Of a stretch of 64,000 nt of DNA, positions 42,176-56,989 are shown piece by piece (the stretch's first letter is position 1; each line of letters opens with the position of its first letter). A program made the translations under genes and the position numbers. Location of the stretch: positions 99,138,001 to 99,202,000 of the forward strand of contig OZ024746.1 of assembly GCA_964016885.1 (NCBI GenBank). The letters are read 5' to 3'. The notes beneath the pieces are model-generated. The model searched no databases. It was given only the letters and a program-made list of their open reading frames with translations, and had not been told where the DNA came from. Source of the DNA: Eledone cirrhosa (Eukaryota).

Positions 42176-42961
42176 AATTGTTTCTACTTTTGGCACAAGG
42201 CCAGCAATTATCTCAGTGTATTACTGGTACTTTATTTTATCGACCCCCGTAAGGATGAAAAGCAAAGTTAACCTCGGCGGGATTTGAACTTAGACCAAAA
42301 AGGGCCGTAACTCTATGCTGCAAAGCATGGCGTCCGACCCTCTACTGATACTGCCAATCCCCCGCCTATATTAATAAAAAATAATTGTTTCTACTTTTGG
42401 CACAAGGCCAGCAATTATCCCAGTGTATTACTGGTACTTTATTTTATCGATCCCGTAAGGATGAAAGGCAAAGTTAACCTTGGCAGGATTTGAACTCAGT
42501 CCGTAAAGGGACGTAACTGTGCTGCAAAAAAATAATGTTAGGGCGGTGGATTGGCAGTATCGGTAGAGAGTCGGACACCATGCTTTGTAGCATAGAGTTA
42601 TGGCTCTTTATGATCTGAGTTATAATCCTGCCGAGGTTAACTTTGCTTTTCATCCTTACGTGATCGATAGAATAAAGTACCAGTCACGTACTGGGGTCAA
42701 TTTAATCCACTGCCCCCTCCCTCTCCCTCCAAAAAATTGCTGGCATTATGCCTATACTAGAAAAAATATTAATAAAAAATAATTGTTTCTACTTTTGACA
42801 CAAGGCCATCAAAAACGCAGTGCATTACTGGTACTTTTTTTACCGACCCCGTAAGGATGAAAGGTAAAGTGAAACTCGGCGGATTTGAACTCAGACCGTA
42901 AAAGGCCATAACTCTGTGCTACAGAGCAGGGCGTCCGACGCTCTACCGATACTGCCAATCC
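42176..42961. mobile_element. Cluster of four tRNA-SINE copies (-,-,+,-)
   Basis: 42176-42367, 42382-42527, 42540-42755, 42780-42961. Confidence 0.88.
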
Positions 42962-42978
42962 AAAGAATGATGTTGAAC

Positions 42979-43257
42979 AGAATGATACATTTTCAATTTT
43001 CTATGTTTATCTACTTGAGAAATAGACGTTAGTTTTGTATCTGTCTCCCCACCCCACCTCTAACTCTCTGCTCTCTGCATTCTTTTATGCCAAACCACTC
43101 GTCTATTTCCATCTATAAATCCCTCTATTGGTTTATATTAATATCGTCACATTTCTTATCATTATCCTCTCCACTTTGGGTTTCCCTCGTACACCACTCC
43201 TTCGCATTCCCCAACTGGAAGTCAGAAAAGTGTATATATAGTAACATAAAACTATAT
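42979..43257 (+). repeat. 279-bp near-identical direct duplication, copy 1 (copy 2 at 47182-47460)
   Basis: Same sequence and same translated ORF start MPNHSSISIY. Confidence 0.92.
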
Positions 43258-43376
43258 AAAAGTTTGAGTTTCCGCCAACCTTTCCGACCCCACGGGCCAC
43301 TAAATTCCTAATTTTAAATCACGCGGACCACTAATATGAATTAATGGCCAATAGTTGAATCAATACTGAAGCGTAC

Positions 43377-45135
43377 GTGTGTGATATTGTCATAGATGAT
43401 ACATATGTGTGTGATATTGTCATATATGATACATATGTGTGTGATATTGTCATATATGATACATATGTGTGTGATATTGTCATAGATGATACATATGTGT
43501 GTAATATTGTCATATATGATACATATGTGTGTAATATTGTCATATATGATACATATGTGTGTGATATTGTCATAGATGATACATATGTGTGTGATATTGT
43601 CATATATGATACATATGTGTGTGATATTGTCATAGATGATACATATGTGTGTGATATTGTCATAGATGATACATATGTGTGTGATATTGTCATATATGAT
43701 ACATATGTGTGATATTGTCATATATGATACATATGTGTGTGATATTGTCATAGATGATACATATGTGTGTGATATTGTCATATGTGTGTGATATTGACCA
43801 TATATGATACATATGTGTGTGGTATTGTCTATATATGATACATATGTGTGTGATATTGTCATAGATGATACATATGTGTGTGGTATTGTCATATATGATA
43901 CATATGTGTGTGGTATTGTCTATATATGATACATATGTGTGTGATATTGTCATAGATGATACATATGTGTGTGGTATTGTTATATATGATACCTACGTGT
44001 GTGATATTGCCATATATGATACATCCGTGTGTGATATTGTCATATATGATACATATGTGTGTGATATTGTGATAGATGATACATATGTGTGTGATATTGT
44101 CATAGATGATACATATGTGTGTTATATTGTCATAGATGATACATATGTGTGTGATATTGTCATATATGATACATATGTGTGTGATATTGTGATAGATGAT
44201 ACATATGTGTGTTATATTGTCATAGATGATACATATGTGTGTTATATTGTCATAGATGGTACATATGTGTGTGATATTGTCATAGATGATACATATGTGT
44301 GTGATATTGTCATATATGATACATATGTGTGTTATATTGTCATAGATGGTACATATGTGTGTGATATTGTCATAGATGATACATATGTGTGTGATATTGT
44401 CATATATGATACATATGTGTGTGATATTGTCATATATGATACATATGTGTGTGATATTGTCATAGATGATACATATGTGTGTGATATTGCCATAGATGAT
44501 ACATATGTGTGTGGTATTGTCTATATATGATACATATGTGTGTGATATTGTCATAGATGATACATATGTGTGTTATATTGTCATAGATGGTACATATGTG
44601 TGTGATATTGTCATAGATGATACATATGTGTGTGATATTGTCATATATGATACATATGTGTGTGATATTGTCATAGATGATACATATGTGTGATATTGTC
44701 ATATATGATACATATGTGTGTGATATTGTCATAGATGATACATATGTGTGTTATATTGTCATAGATAATACATATGTGTGATATTGTCATATATGATACA
44801 TATGTGTGTGATATTGTCATAGATGATACATATGTGTGTTATATTGTCAATATGATACATATGTGTGTGATATTGTCATAGATGATACATATGTGTGTGA
44901 TATTGTCATAGATGATACATATGTGTGTTATATTGTCATATATGATACATATGTGTGTGATATTGTCATATATGATACATATGTGTGTGATATTGTCATA
45001 GATGATACATATGTGTGTGATATTGTCATAGATGATACATATGTGTGTGATATTGTCATAGATGATACATATGTGTGTTATATTGTCATAGATGATACAT
45101 ATGTGTGTTATATTGTCATAGATGATATATACGTG
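43377..45135. repeat. 30-bp minisatellite (gtgtgtgatattgtcatagatgatacatat), ~58 copies
   Basis: Directly visible. Confidence 0.98.
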
Positions 45136-45216
45136 TAAAATTCTTTCACATTTTTTCGGAGAGTTTTAAAATATATTTTAACAGAATATTATTTTTCTTT
45201 TATTATTATTAATAAG

Positions 45217-45495
45217 CCGGTGGATTGGGAGTATCGATTGAGGGTCGGGCACCATGCTTTACAGCATAGAGTTACGGCCCTTTATGATCTGAGTTCAAAT
45301 CTCGCCGAGGTTAAATTTGCCTTCTATCCTTACGGGGTCGATAAAATAAATTACCTGTCACTCAGTGGGGTCGATTTAATAGACTTTCCGCTCCCCCAAA
45401 AATTGATGGCCTTGTCCCTATATAAGAAACCATTATTTTAGGTTTCTGCAAAGCATGGTGTCCGACTCTCTACCGGTTCTGCCAATCCACCGCCT
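45217..45495. mobile_element. tRNA-SINE (+) followed by an inverted SINE head (-)
   Basis: Consensus matches 45217-45435 and 45446-45495. Confidence 0.8.
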
Positions 45496-45599
45496 TTGAA
45501 TGAGTTAAATTAATGCCTTATTAAAAGAATATTTACGAATAATCACGAGAAATTTGTTAACTGTAACAAAAAGTCATAGTAAAATAATGTTAAAGATAT

Positions 45600-45920
45600 T
45601 CGGCCGTGCCCTTAGCAGTGGAGATTTTTGGTGTCTTTGGCTTTAGGGCTACCTCCCTACTCACAACCATAGGCGCTGAGCTGGCCAGCCGCAGGTGTGA
45701 GCCTCGCGATTTGGAATGGCCCTTCCAGCGCATCTCCCTTACCATCCTCCGAGGAAACGCCTTCTCCATTCCGTCTGCCGGGATTGTGGGGAGACCAGCA
45801 CGTGGGACCCCATTTGCTCACTATACAGAGAGATGGGGAGAGCGAGAGAGATGGAGGTGATGGCAGTGGAGTTCGGCTCTTCCACGTTCGGACCATATCC
45901 TTGTGGTTGTGTTTAATGTA
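45600..45920 (+). mobile_element. CRE-like LINE 3' end
   Basis: PLAVEIFGVFG...FQRISLTILRGNAFSI; close to the 9036 copy. Confidence 0.8.
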
Positions 45921-46466
45921 GTTGTGTATTACATACGTGGGTTATTTCACTCTCGAAAGATTTTCTGCAAGGAGTGGTCTACAAACATGTTGAAATTGTA
46001 AAAAATCTATATTGTTCTTGCTTTTTAATGGGGAATTGGTAGTGAGAGTACAAGTTCATTTGGCCGTTTTAAGTACACCAGTGTTTTAACAAATTTTCCG
46101 TGAGTGGGGGATATCATGATGACGGGGTTCATGACAACATTGAAATTAGGGGATTTTTCAAGAATTCGAAAGGAAATATGTATATAAAAATAGAACCCAC
46201 TTAACATCCAGCATTTGTTTTAAATGAAGAACGCGTTTGTAATTAAAGCTGATTGTAACTGATATTCAGCCTAATTCTTTCCTAGCAGGGATGTGGAAAT
46301 CACGGGGAGAGAAGCAGGGAAATTCTAATTTGATTGATTTCATGACAAAGTCTGGGAAGGAAGTATAACTGAGTATCTACAGGATAAACTTGAAACTTCT
46401 TCTTTTCTCCCCTTACTCCCCCTCCTCCTACTACTTATTTCCTCCTACTCCTCCTACTCCTCCTCC

Positions 46467-46850
46467 TTCTTCTTCTTCTTCTTCTTCTTCTTCTTCTTCT
46501 TCTTCTTCTTCTTCTTCTTCTTCTTCTTCTTCTTCTTCTTCTTCTTCTTCTTCTTCTTCTTCTTCACCCACTTATTCCTGAGAGGGTCGTGGGTGCAGAG
46601 TCCTCAAACACTCCTTCCAGTGGGTCCTGTCAGAAGCAACCGTCTCCAACTGATCCGGCTGGATCCCCCAAGTGTGACCAGCCAAGCTCATGGATGTTAT
46701 CCAACCATCTTGTTGGGGTATGGGTCTATCCCTGGGTCACCTGTCGATTGGTTTTGCGCGTAAATTCTGCCCAGCGATTCTTTCCTGAGACATTATTGGA
46801 GCTGTGATCTCTCAATTTGGAGAAGTAACGGCTCAACCTGGAGTGACTCT
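46467..46850 (-). mobile_element. RTE-clade LINE 3' end with expanded (GAA)n tail
   Basis: Reverse complement of the 8340-8520 family; (TTC)n at 46467-46565 is the tail. Confidence 0.78.
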
Positions 46851-47799
46851 TACACAGCGGTAAATATTACACTGATGTTAATAAAATACCGCAATGCTAA
46901 TTAATATCACGAATGTATTATAGTAGATTGTATAGAGAGTTCAATAGCTGCAGCAGGGTTTGAGCTGTAAACTGAGCTTGGTAAGCAACTATTTGATTCA
47001 GTTTACTAGAGAAGCTGATACCCAATATATTATAGAAAGTTCAATATCTGCAGCAGGGTTTGAGCCGTAAACTGAGCTTGGTAAGTAACTCTATTTGATT
47101 CAGTTTACTAGAGAAGCCGATACTCAATTAGTTTGTTGAAACACTATTGAAGACTTTGTTTTCATCTAGTGCATTCAGTAAAGAATGATACATTTTCAAT
47201 TTTCTGTGTTTATCTACTTGAGAAATAGACGTTAGTTTTGTATCTGTCTCCCCACCCCACCTCTAACTCTCTGCTCTCTGCATTCTTTTATGCCAAACCA
47301 CTCGTCTATTTCCATCTATAAATCCCTCTATTGGTTTATATTAATATCGTCACATTTCTTATCATTATCCTCTCCACTTTGGGTTTCCCTCGTACACCAC
47401 TCCTTCGCATTCCCCAACTGGAAGTCAGAAAAGTGTATATATAGTAACATAAAACTATATCACAATTTATTATTACTTTTACTATTATTAATACCTTCAG
47501 TCATTTTCGTTTAATCATTTTATTTACATAATTTCTCAAAATTCGTAGCTGGAAATTATTCGGTTATTCTAAATGGAATATCATAATATAATAAGGGGAG
47601 GAGTGCGGGATTGTGTCCTCAATATATTTTTTTATCCCGTTAGTAAAATAAGTTGGATTACTTTGAATAAATAATGAATGAATATTACATAATTTATCTA
47701 CTGTTGATTAAACATAAATATTCTTATATATTATGATTGCTTATTTTAAGATTCACTTCTTTTAAAATTATATTAATATACCCGTGGCTATATTAATCT

Positions 47800-47942
<143 letters not shown>

Positions 47943-47957
47943 ATACTTTGGGAGGGT

Positions 47958-48061
47958 CATGTTGCCAATAAGAAACACACGCACCAGTTACTTTCACTTC
48001 AATTTATTATAATAAATTGAAGTGAAAGCAACTGGTGCGTGTGTTTCTTATTGGCAACATG
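47958..48061. repeat. ~104-bp spacerless palindrome (one mismatch)
   Basis: catgttgccaataagaaacacacgcaccagtt...aatttattataataaatt...aactggtgcgtgtgtttcttattggcaacatg. Confidence 0.93.
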
Positions 48062-48291
48062 AGAGATTATCAAATATAAAGATTTACATACACACAAACT
48101 AGACAAAGTCATAGGTATATATGTTTTTGGCAACCATTCACGATGTGGCTCAATGATGAATTATAAATTAAATAATCAGAGCAATATACTATAAATTATG
48201 TCCATAGAATCATTTGATAAGATATATACATTATATATATATATATCACAATAAGAAAGAGAATCAGTGTTGCGACAAATGGAATTTATTG

Positions 48292-48387
48292 GACATATTA
48301 CAATCGTTTCTCTGGCGACCAGCTCGAAGCACGATCGATGTGATGATCGAACCTGACTCTGAAAATCGCAAGGTCCTCAGATACGTC
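48292..48387 (-). ncRNA. Type-I hammerhead ribozyme with long stem II
   Basis: gacgtat-CTGAGGA-ccttgcga...tcgccaga-GAAAC-gatt-GT-A-atatgtc; 7-bp stem I. Confidence 0.7.
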
Positions 48388-48526
48388 TTGATTCTACGAA
48401 GCAGATTTTCCAAATATATATATATATATATAAATGTATGTAAAAGGTAAACAGAAATAACAACACAATCAGTACAGTATATGGAAGGGATATATTAGGT
48501 TAATGCTTGATATAGCAGGAAGTGGG

Positions 48527-48562
48527 TCTTAACGTTTCGGACGCTAGTCCTTCATCAGAAGA
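48527..48562 (-). ncRNA. Hammerhead ribozyme, family B
   Basis: tctt-CTGATGA-a-ggac-tagc-gtcc-GAAACGTT-aaga; identical core to 58374-58409. Confidence 0.75.
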
Positions 48563-48812
48563 AAGAATGAGAAATAAGATAGATTGAGGGGACGGGACGG
48601 ATGGAATTTGAAAAAAATATTTGTCTATATATATGTATTTGTATATATAAATATATATTTATATATATATATGTGTGTGTGTGTGTATATATATATGTAT
48701 ACACACACACATATACCTATGTACGTATGGGTTATATCGAACACTAATAATAATGCTCGATTCCTTTGTAACTCGGTTGGTATGCAAGTCAGGCTACTCA
48801 GCCGGTGTGTAC

Positions 48813-49780
<968 letters not shown>

Positions 49781-49794
49781 AAAAATATCACATA

Positions 49795-50160
49795 TCAAGC
49801 GATGCCTGTACTTGATGTGAGGAAAGGTTTTGCACGGGGCCAATGCCACTCTCTGGATATCGAATGCATTTACCCAAAGAACTGGTCTATATCATTGGAT
49901 GCAGACGATGTCGCAGCTGACCTGCTCCTAGAGAGATCTTAATGAAGAATAGGATTCTCTCACTCTACAAAAAAGATGGATGGCCGTTGACTCGACTGAG
50001 TTTCTCCTCCCTTTGACAGGTTATGTTTTTCATTCCGCAGGGTGTCCAAAATCACCCTCCTCACAAAGCAATCTTGGAGGGGTTGCCGGATTAGTCGCAG
50101 ACCATGCACAGGTTGTACTGGGTTACATGTTACCAGTAGCGTTGAAAAGCGACCTGACAT
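49795..50160 (-). mobile_element. Dispersed repeat, probable LINE (RTE-like) 5' UTR
   Basis: Shares gtcaggt..tactggtaacatgta.cccagtacaacctg and aaaggg..gagtcaayggccatc with 52821-53260; only the latter motif is seen at 57400-57760. Confidence 0.5.
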
Positions 50161-50184
50161 ATTTATATATATACACCTACAAAC

Positions 50185-50288
<104 letters not shown>

Positions 50289-51257
50289 CTACATATGTGT
50301 GTGTGTATGCATATATATGTGTCAACCAGTTGATGTAAACAAATTAACCATCGTATGACGAATCGTTGAGTGTAGGAAACTGTTTCACGGGAAACTTGTC
50401 TCGAGGGGTTTGTATTTAAAATATATTATTTGATAAGAAGCTTAATAACTAGGAAAAAATATTTCGCTTAAAACATTCAAATAAAACAAATAAATTCATA
50501 GAAATTCCAGGCATATTTCATATATTTGTATCTTTCTATACTTGTAGAGTAGTAATTTATCAACCGACTGTCACGACATGCTACCACGCATCTCTCGCTA
50601 TTTTAGCTACTTCCACTGATGAAGCAATGCAGAGATGGTATGCATAGATGCACTTATGCTGCCACTGTGATCGGAAAATTGCATTTATCAGTGCAGTCTG
50701 TACATACAGAAATCCATGGGTCAGGGATAGAACCATGTGCAACCGCTCCATTACAAATATACATTTTGTTAGCATTTTGAGAGTAGTTAGCTCGCCTATA
50801 CGTTCAGACTATATATCTTATTGAGTGAGTAATTGTGTGCAACCGAAATTATAGAAAGTGTATTTCTTATAGCCTCGCTACTTAGACTCCGTATCTATAT
50901 GTATTAGCAGAGTCGTTAGAACGTCAGATAGAATACTTTATGGTATTAGTTCCAACACTCTGCTCTCTGAGTTCAAATCCCGCCGAGGTCAACTTTGCCT
51001 TTCGTCCTTTCGAGGTCGATAAAAAAAAGTACCAGCCTAGTAGTATATATAACATTCAGAGAAATTAAGATCATATTTTTAGTGAATTTTAACGAAATGC
51101 AACCGAATTTTATTCATTTATTCTTTAACTTGTTTCAATCATTAGACAACTGCCATGATTGTATTTCATTTTATTGTGAGAGAGTGCATTGTAATTTGGA
51201 TTTTAAAAGGAAATCTTTTCGTTATGCATTTTGTTAGGCTTTTCATTATACGAGTTA

Positions 51258-51440
51258 TTGGCAATATCGGTAGAGAGTCGGACACCAGGCTTTGCAGCAA
51301 AGAGTTACGGCCCTTTATGGTCTGAGTTCAAATCCCGCCGAGGTTAACTTTGCCTTTCATCCTTACAGGGTCGATGAAATAAAGTACCTGTAATGTACTG
51401 AGATAATTACTGGCCTTGTGCCAAAAGTAGAAACAATTAT
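51258..51440 (+). mobile_element. tRNA-SINE (main family)
   Basis: Consensus match. Confidence 0.85.
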
Positions 51441-51950
51441 TTTTTAAATTCTCTTCTCTAACATAAATCTTTTAAACGAAGGAAGAGAAAATATATGGTT
51501 GTACAACAACATTGTAAAGAAATAACTGTCACATAAACAGACTTAGTTTTCTTTCCTAACAGTGTAGACGTATTTCTTTGCCTAATTTTAAAGAGGAAAC
51601 GAATAAAACTACCATTTTAGCTGAAAGGGCATTTTCCAAAAATAACAACGACTGATATAAAAGTGAAAAGATAAAGATATTAGTGAGGCAGTATCAAATA
51701 AATAATTGTGTAGTAAATCTATCTCAAGTGTTGATATTTTGTTATCGAATAGCTTTGAGGAATACTGTAACCATGTAAGTTAATTCTTTTTATCCGATAT
51801 CTTAAGTGCCATTATCGCCACTATGCCATAGTCTTCGGTAGGATCACTTGCGTGTGCTTTTAAGTACAGTTGTGATTTCTATTTAACACGCGCCTCAAAA
51901 GAAACGAAGTCTTTAATTCCTTAGCATTCAAACCTGCCATATCCGGCCGG

Positions 51951-51988
<38 letters not shown>

Positions 51989-52072
51989 GTTATTCCGGGT
52001 TGAATCGGAGGTAACCACAGTAAGTAAGGTACTCAATACATAGCAGAGTATAACAGTTTTAATATAGATGAG

Positions 52073-52115
52073 ATTCTACAGGACTAGAACTGTTTCATTC
52101 ATTAGAAATCATCAG
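52073..52115 (-). ncRNA. 5'-truncated hammerhead in a 130-bp island between (TA)n tracts
   Basis: (TA)n-CTGATGA-tttctaatgaat-GAA-ACAG-ttctagtc-CTGT-A-gaat. Confidence 0.55.
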
Positions 52116-52553
52116 ATATATATATATATATATATATATATAAACGGAAAAAATGAAACGAAATTTCATTTCTCACTCTTAGTACGGCTGTTACTTAAAT
52201 ATAAGTATGTACACGTGCATACATATATGTATACAGACGTACAGTAGTATGTATATATATATACATACATGCACATATATATATATATGTACGTATGGAT
52301 TTACCGAACATTTATTATAATGCTCGGTGTGTTTGTATATAGATATATGTATTTATATATATATATATATGGATTTATACATATGTATGTATTTATATAT
52401 ATATATGTATTTATATATATATGTATATATATATAAATATATATATATATTTATATATATATATATGTATTTATATATATGTATTTATGTATATATATAT
52501 ATATATAATTATATATATATATATGTATTTATATATATGTATATGTATTTATA

Positions 52554-52636
<83 letters not shown>

Positions 52637-52715
52637 TTATATATATATGTATATATATATATTTATGTATATATATATGTATATATATATATGTATTTAT
52701 ATATATATATATATG

Positions 52716-52768
<53 letters not shown>

Positions 52769-52820
52769 TTTTATATATATATACGTATATATATATGTAT
52801 AAATATATATGTATATATAT

Positions 52821-53260
52821 GTCAGGTCACCAGTTGGTGATACTGGTAACATGTATCCCAGTACAACCTGTCTCATCGTCGGGTCGTTGGCGACTAAACT
52901 GGCAACCCCACCAAGGTTTCTTGGTGAGGAGGGTCACTTTGGACATCCTGCAGGACTAAAAACAAAACCTGCTAAAGGGCAAAGGAGCGCTTAAGAGTCA
53001 ATGGCCATCCAAAATCACTGGGAGAGATGACCCCTTAGCCTTTGTCAAGGCAGAATTCTAAGAGAAGGAAAACTCTGATATAACACCTGCTGGTATCCAG
53101 TGATGTTGACTTGTTCTTCTTTTTGGTAAATATCATCTTGGTTAAGAGAGTGGGACTGGCTTTGTGCAGTGCCTTTGCTCACTATAAAAGCTTCACAGCA
53201 CAGCCATTGCTTTATATCTGGAGATCTCTCTGCACTTGTCGTCACATGGTACCATGGGCC
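52821..53260 (+). mobile_element. Dispersed repeat, probable LINE 5' UTR, second copy
   Basis: See 49795-50160; begins directly at a (TA)n tract. Confidence 0.5.
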
Positions 53261-53694
53261 CAGCACTATGTGTCAATAATTGTCACAAGTGTAGTGTTTG
53301 TACTAAAGTTTTCAAGTCGCTGGCTGTACTAAAAAGTCCACTCGTTCAGCGCATCGGTAGGGGTTCTCCTACATGGATATAAAGTATTGGCCGTACTCGA
53401 AAACGAGTTGGCAGCCACCATATATATATGTAGATATATATGTATATATATATATATGTATATATGTATAAGGGATAACAAAATATCGTTATAGGTAATC
53501 CAGTTAGAGGTTGTGAATACCTCGTATTGTGGATAGTTTTAGCGTACGGCGTTGTTTGACTCAACAAGAGGTTTCCGTAGGTGGCGAGTTTGTGAGTTCT
53601 CTTGCGTTCCTATGTAAGTTTATCTTGGAATAATAATAGTGAAAGAGTGAAGAATAACATGGTCAACAGTACAAAAAAGGGTTTTATTTACAGT

Positions 53695-53790
53695 CTTAAC
53701 AATTGTTTCACTGATTAAGTTGACTAAAAATTGCTGAACACTTGGAGCTGTGCCACTTTAAATACGTTAGCTTAACCAGATCATCAGAAG
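53695..53790 (-). ncRNA. Type-I hammerhead ribozyme, family E
   Basis: ctt-CTGATGA-t-ctggttaag...cttaatcag-t-GAA-ACAATTGT-T-aag; palindromic stem III. Confidence 0.65.
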
Positions 53791-53843
53791 GATATATATA
53801 TATATATATATATAAATACGTTAGCTTAACCAGATCATCAGAA

Positions 53844-53880
<37 letters not shown>

Positions 53881-53962
53881 CGTTAGCTTAACCAGATCAT
53901 CGGAGAAGCTGTTATGTTTAGTTTCTTCGAATTCAAATTCAACTTACAGCACCATTAATAAT

Positions 53963-54497
53963 ATTGTTTCTACTTTTGGCACAAGGCCAGCAATTACCCC
54001 AGTACATTACTGGTACTTTATTTTATCGGCCCCCGTAAGGATGAAAGGCAAAGTTAGCCTCGGCGGGATTTGAACTCAGAACGTAAAGGGACGTAACTAT
54101 GCTTGTAAGCATGTGCGACCTCTACCGATACTGTCAATGCTAATAATATTAATAATAAAGATAGGGGGAGAAAAAAGAAAGAAAAAGAAGAAAGGAAAAA
54201 AGAGAAAGATACAGAGAAAAAAGAAAGAGAGAAAAGAGGATAGAAAGAGAAGAGAAAAGATTAAAAAAAGATAAAAAGTAAAGAAAAAGAAAAAGAAAGG
54301 GAAAAATAATTATTTCTACTTTTGGCACAAGGCCAGCAAATACCCAGTGTATTACTGGTACTTTATTTTATCGACCCCGTAAGGATGAAAGGCAAAGTTA
54401 ACCTCGGCAGGATTTGAACTCAGAATGGTAAGGGCCGTAACTCTATGCGTCAAAGCATGGCGTCCGACCCTCTACCGATACTGCCAATCCACCGCCC
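53963..54497 (-). mobile_element. Two tRNA-SINE copies (53963-54137, 54308-54497)
   Basis: Reverse-complement consensus. Confidence 0.88.
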
Positions 54498-54533
54498 TAA
54501 AGGAAAAATATCGATATTTAATAGCCAATCAGG

Positions 54534-54709
<176 letters not shown>

Positions 54710-55921
54710 CTATGACAATAAACAAGTTACATCGAGGATGATACAAAACAATATAAAATATGAAAATAAATAATTAAAAAAGGTTTATATGTGTGAAGTA
54801 AACATAGTAAGATTTTTGAGAGTAGTTGTGGTGTTGGTGTTTAAAATATAGATATACGAAGGTATAAACATGAAGATGTTAAATATATTCATGTGTGTAT
54901 TGGTTATTTAATAAATTAATTAGATAATTAATTAATTATTTGATTAATTAATTGTAAGTTATATTAGAAGTGAAAATAATACAAGATAAAATAAAATTTA
55001 AGAGATGAAATAAATTTAGGGAGAGAAATAGAAAGATTGAAAATGAAAGAGAGAAATATAAAATATAAAATAAATATAAATATAAAATAAATATAAATAT
55101 AAAATATAAAAGGTTATGATGTTGGTTCATTGACAGATGATGACAATAATAACAATAATTGTTTCTACTTTAGGCACAAGGCCAGCAATTATCCAGTGCA
55201 TTACTTGTATGTATATATATACATACTACTGTACGTCTGTATACATATATGTATGTACGTATACATACATACATACTTATATTTAAGTAACAGCCGTACT
55301 AAGAGTGAGAAATGAAATTTCGTTTCATTTTTTCCATTTATCGTTTTCGGTGCTCCCGGCCGACTAACTCACTCGATATGCAAATTAGGCTGCTCAGCCG
55401 TTAATATGCACAAGGAAAGTATATACTTTCAGACGTTCAATCATCTGGCAGGAAGGTATACGATGCTGACGATAGCTAATAAGCTTGAAACTAGTACATC
55501 GTTCCTTTGTCCGTACCTACAGAAATATTTTACCTGTATGTTTTGTGAAGGTACGTATACTTTCTCGTACGTATATTTGCTTGTATATGTTATGGCGTAT
55601 ATATTATATATACTGGTACATGTGCATATGGTTATGCGTATACATGAGTTTTGCGTCTGTGTGAGTATGCGGGTTCGTACGTATGTAGGGTGTGTGTATA
55701 TGTGCACTTTGTGTTTTGGTTGACGTACGTCTGCGTACATATGTGTATTTACAGGTGGTATGTGTGTGAGCACGTTTATACGTATTTATGTGTGTATATT
55801 TCTATACGTTTATATAATTATATGTATACACGCACACTCACACACACATATATATATTTTTTTAAATATATATTTTTATGTGTATTTGGTGTATACGTTC
55901 GTATGCGTGCGGGTACAGGCG

Positions 55922-56610
55922 TACCCCCACCGCCACCCCCACCACCACCAGTACCACCGCCACTACACTGCTACCACCACCACCTCCACCAGTACCACCA
56001 ACATCATCAGTACCACCGCCACCACCACCACCACCACCACCAGAACCACCACCACCTCCACCAGTACCACCACCACCACCACCACTAGTACCACCGCCAC
56101 TACACTGCTACCACCACCGCCTCCACCACCACCACCACCACCACCACCACCACCACCACCAGTACCACCGCCACTACACTGCCACCATCACCACCACCAG
56201 TACCACCACCAGTACCACCACCAACACCACCAGTTCCACCACCACCACCTGCACCACCACCACCGCAAGTACCACCACCACAAGTACCATCACCACCACC
56301 ACCACTACAACCGCCACCACCACCACCACCAGTACCACCACCACCACCACCAGTACCACCACCAGTACCACCACCAACACCACCAGTTCCACCACCACCA
56401 CCTGCACCACCACCACCTGCACCACCACCACCGCAAGTACCACCACCACAAGTACCACCACCACCACCACCACCACCACCACCAGTACCACCACCACCAC
56501 CACCTGCACCACCACCACCACAAGTACCACCACCACAAGTACCACCACCACCACCACCACCACCACAAGTACCACCACCACCACCACCACAACCGCCACC
56601 GCCACCATTA
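55922..56610. repeat. (CAC)n-rich tract with internal block duplications
   Basis: Directly visible; explains poly-H/T/P ORFs. Confidence 0.95.
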
Positions 56611-56989
56611 CGACCTCATTGACACCCCTTATTTTCTCCCACATCTCGTCTCCTTCACCCCCCCCCCCCTTCTGCCCTATTTCTCCCCTCTCCTTCCATT
56701 TCTTTATCAGGTGTCTTATTTATGCCATCACATGTCGACTTAATTGCTAGCGTAGAAAAATAAGACAACAAATAGTCAACTGTTGAGTCAGAAACCATTT
56801 TGTTTCTTCCAATGATTTGAGAGATGACAGTGCGGGGCGCTATATTTAGCTGGAAACAACTGTCAACCTACACATGGAGATACTCGTGTATAAGAACAAT
56901 CCTGGCTTAACTGTACAAAATAACTTAATAAATATTGCTAAACAAGGTTTTGTCAAACAAGAGATAGGCACTCGAATCATCCTACTATA

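Noticed and set aside
50612-50695. CTGATGA...GAAA on the plus strand; similar weak cases at 36674 and 22095-22130
   Set aside because: Stems I/II cannot be formed convincingly
51914-51950. piggyBac-like MITE terminus (ttaa-ttccttagcattcaaacc...)
   Set aside because: Only one degenerate end visible, no partner TIR
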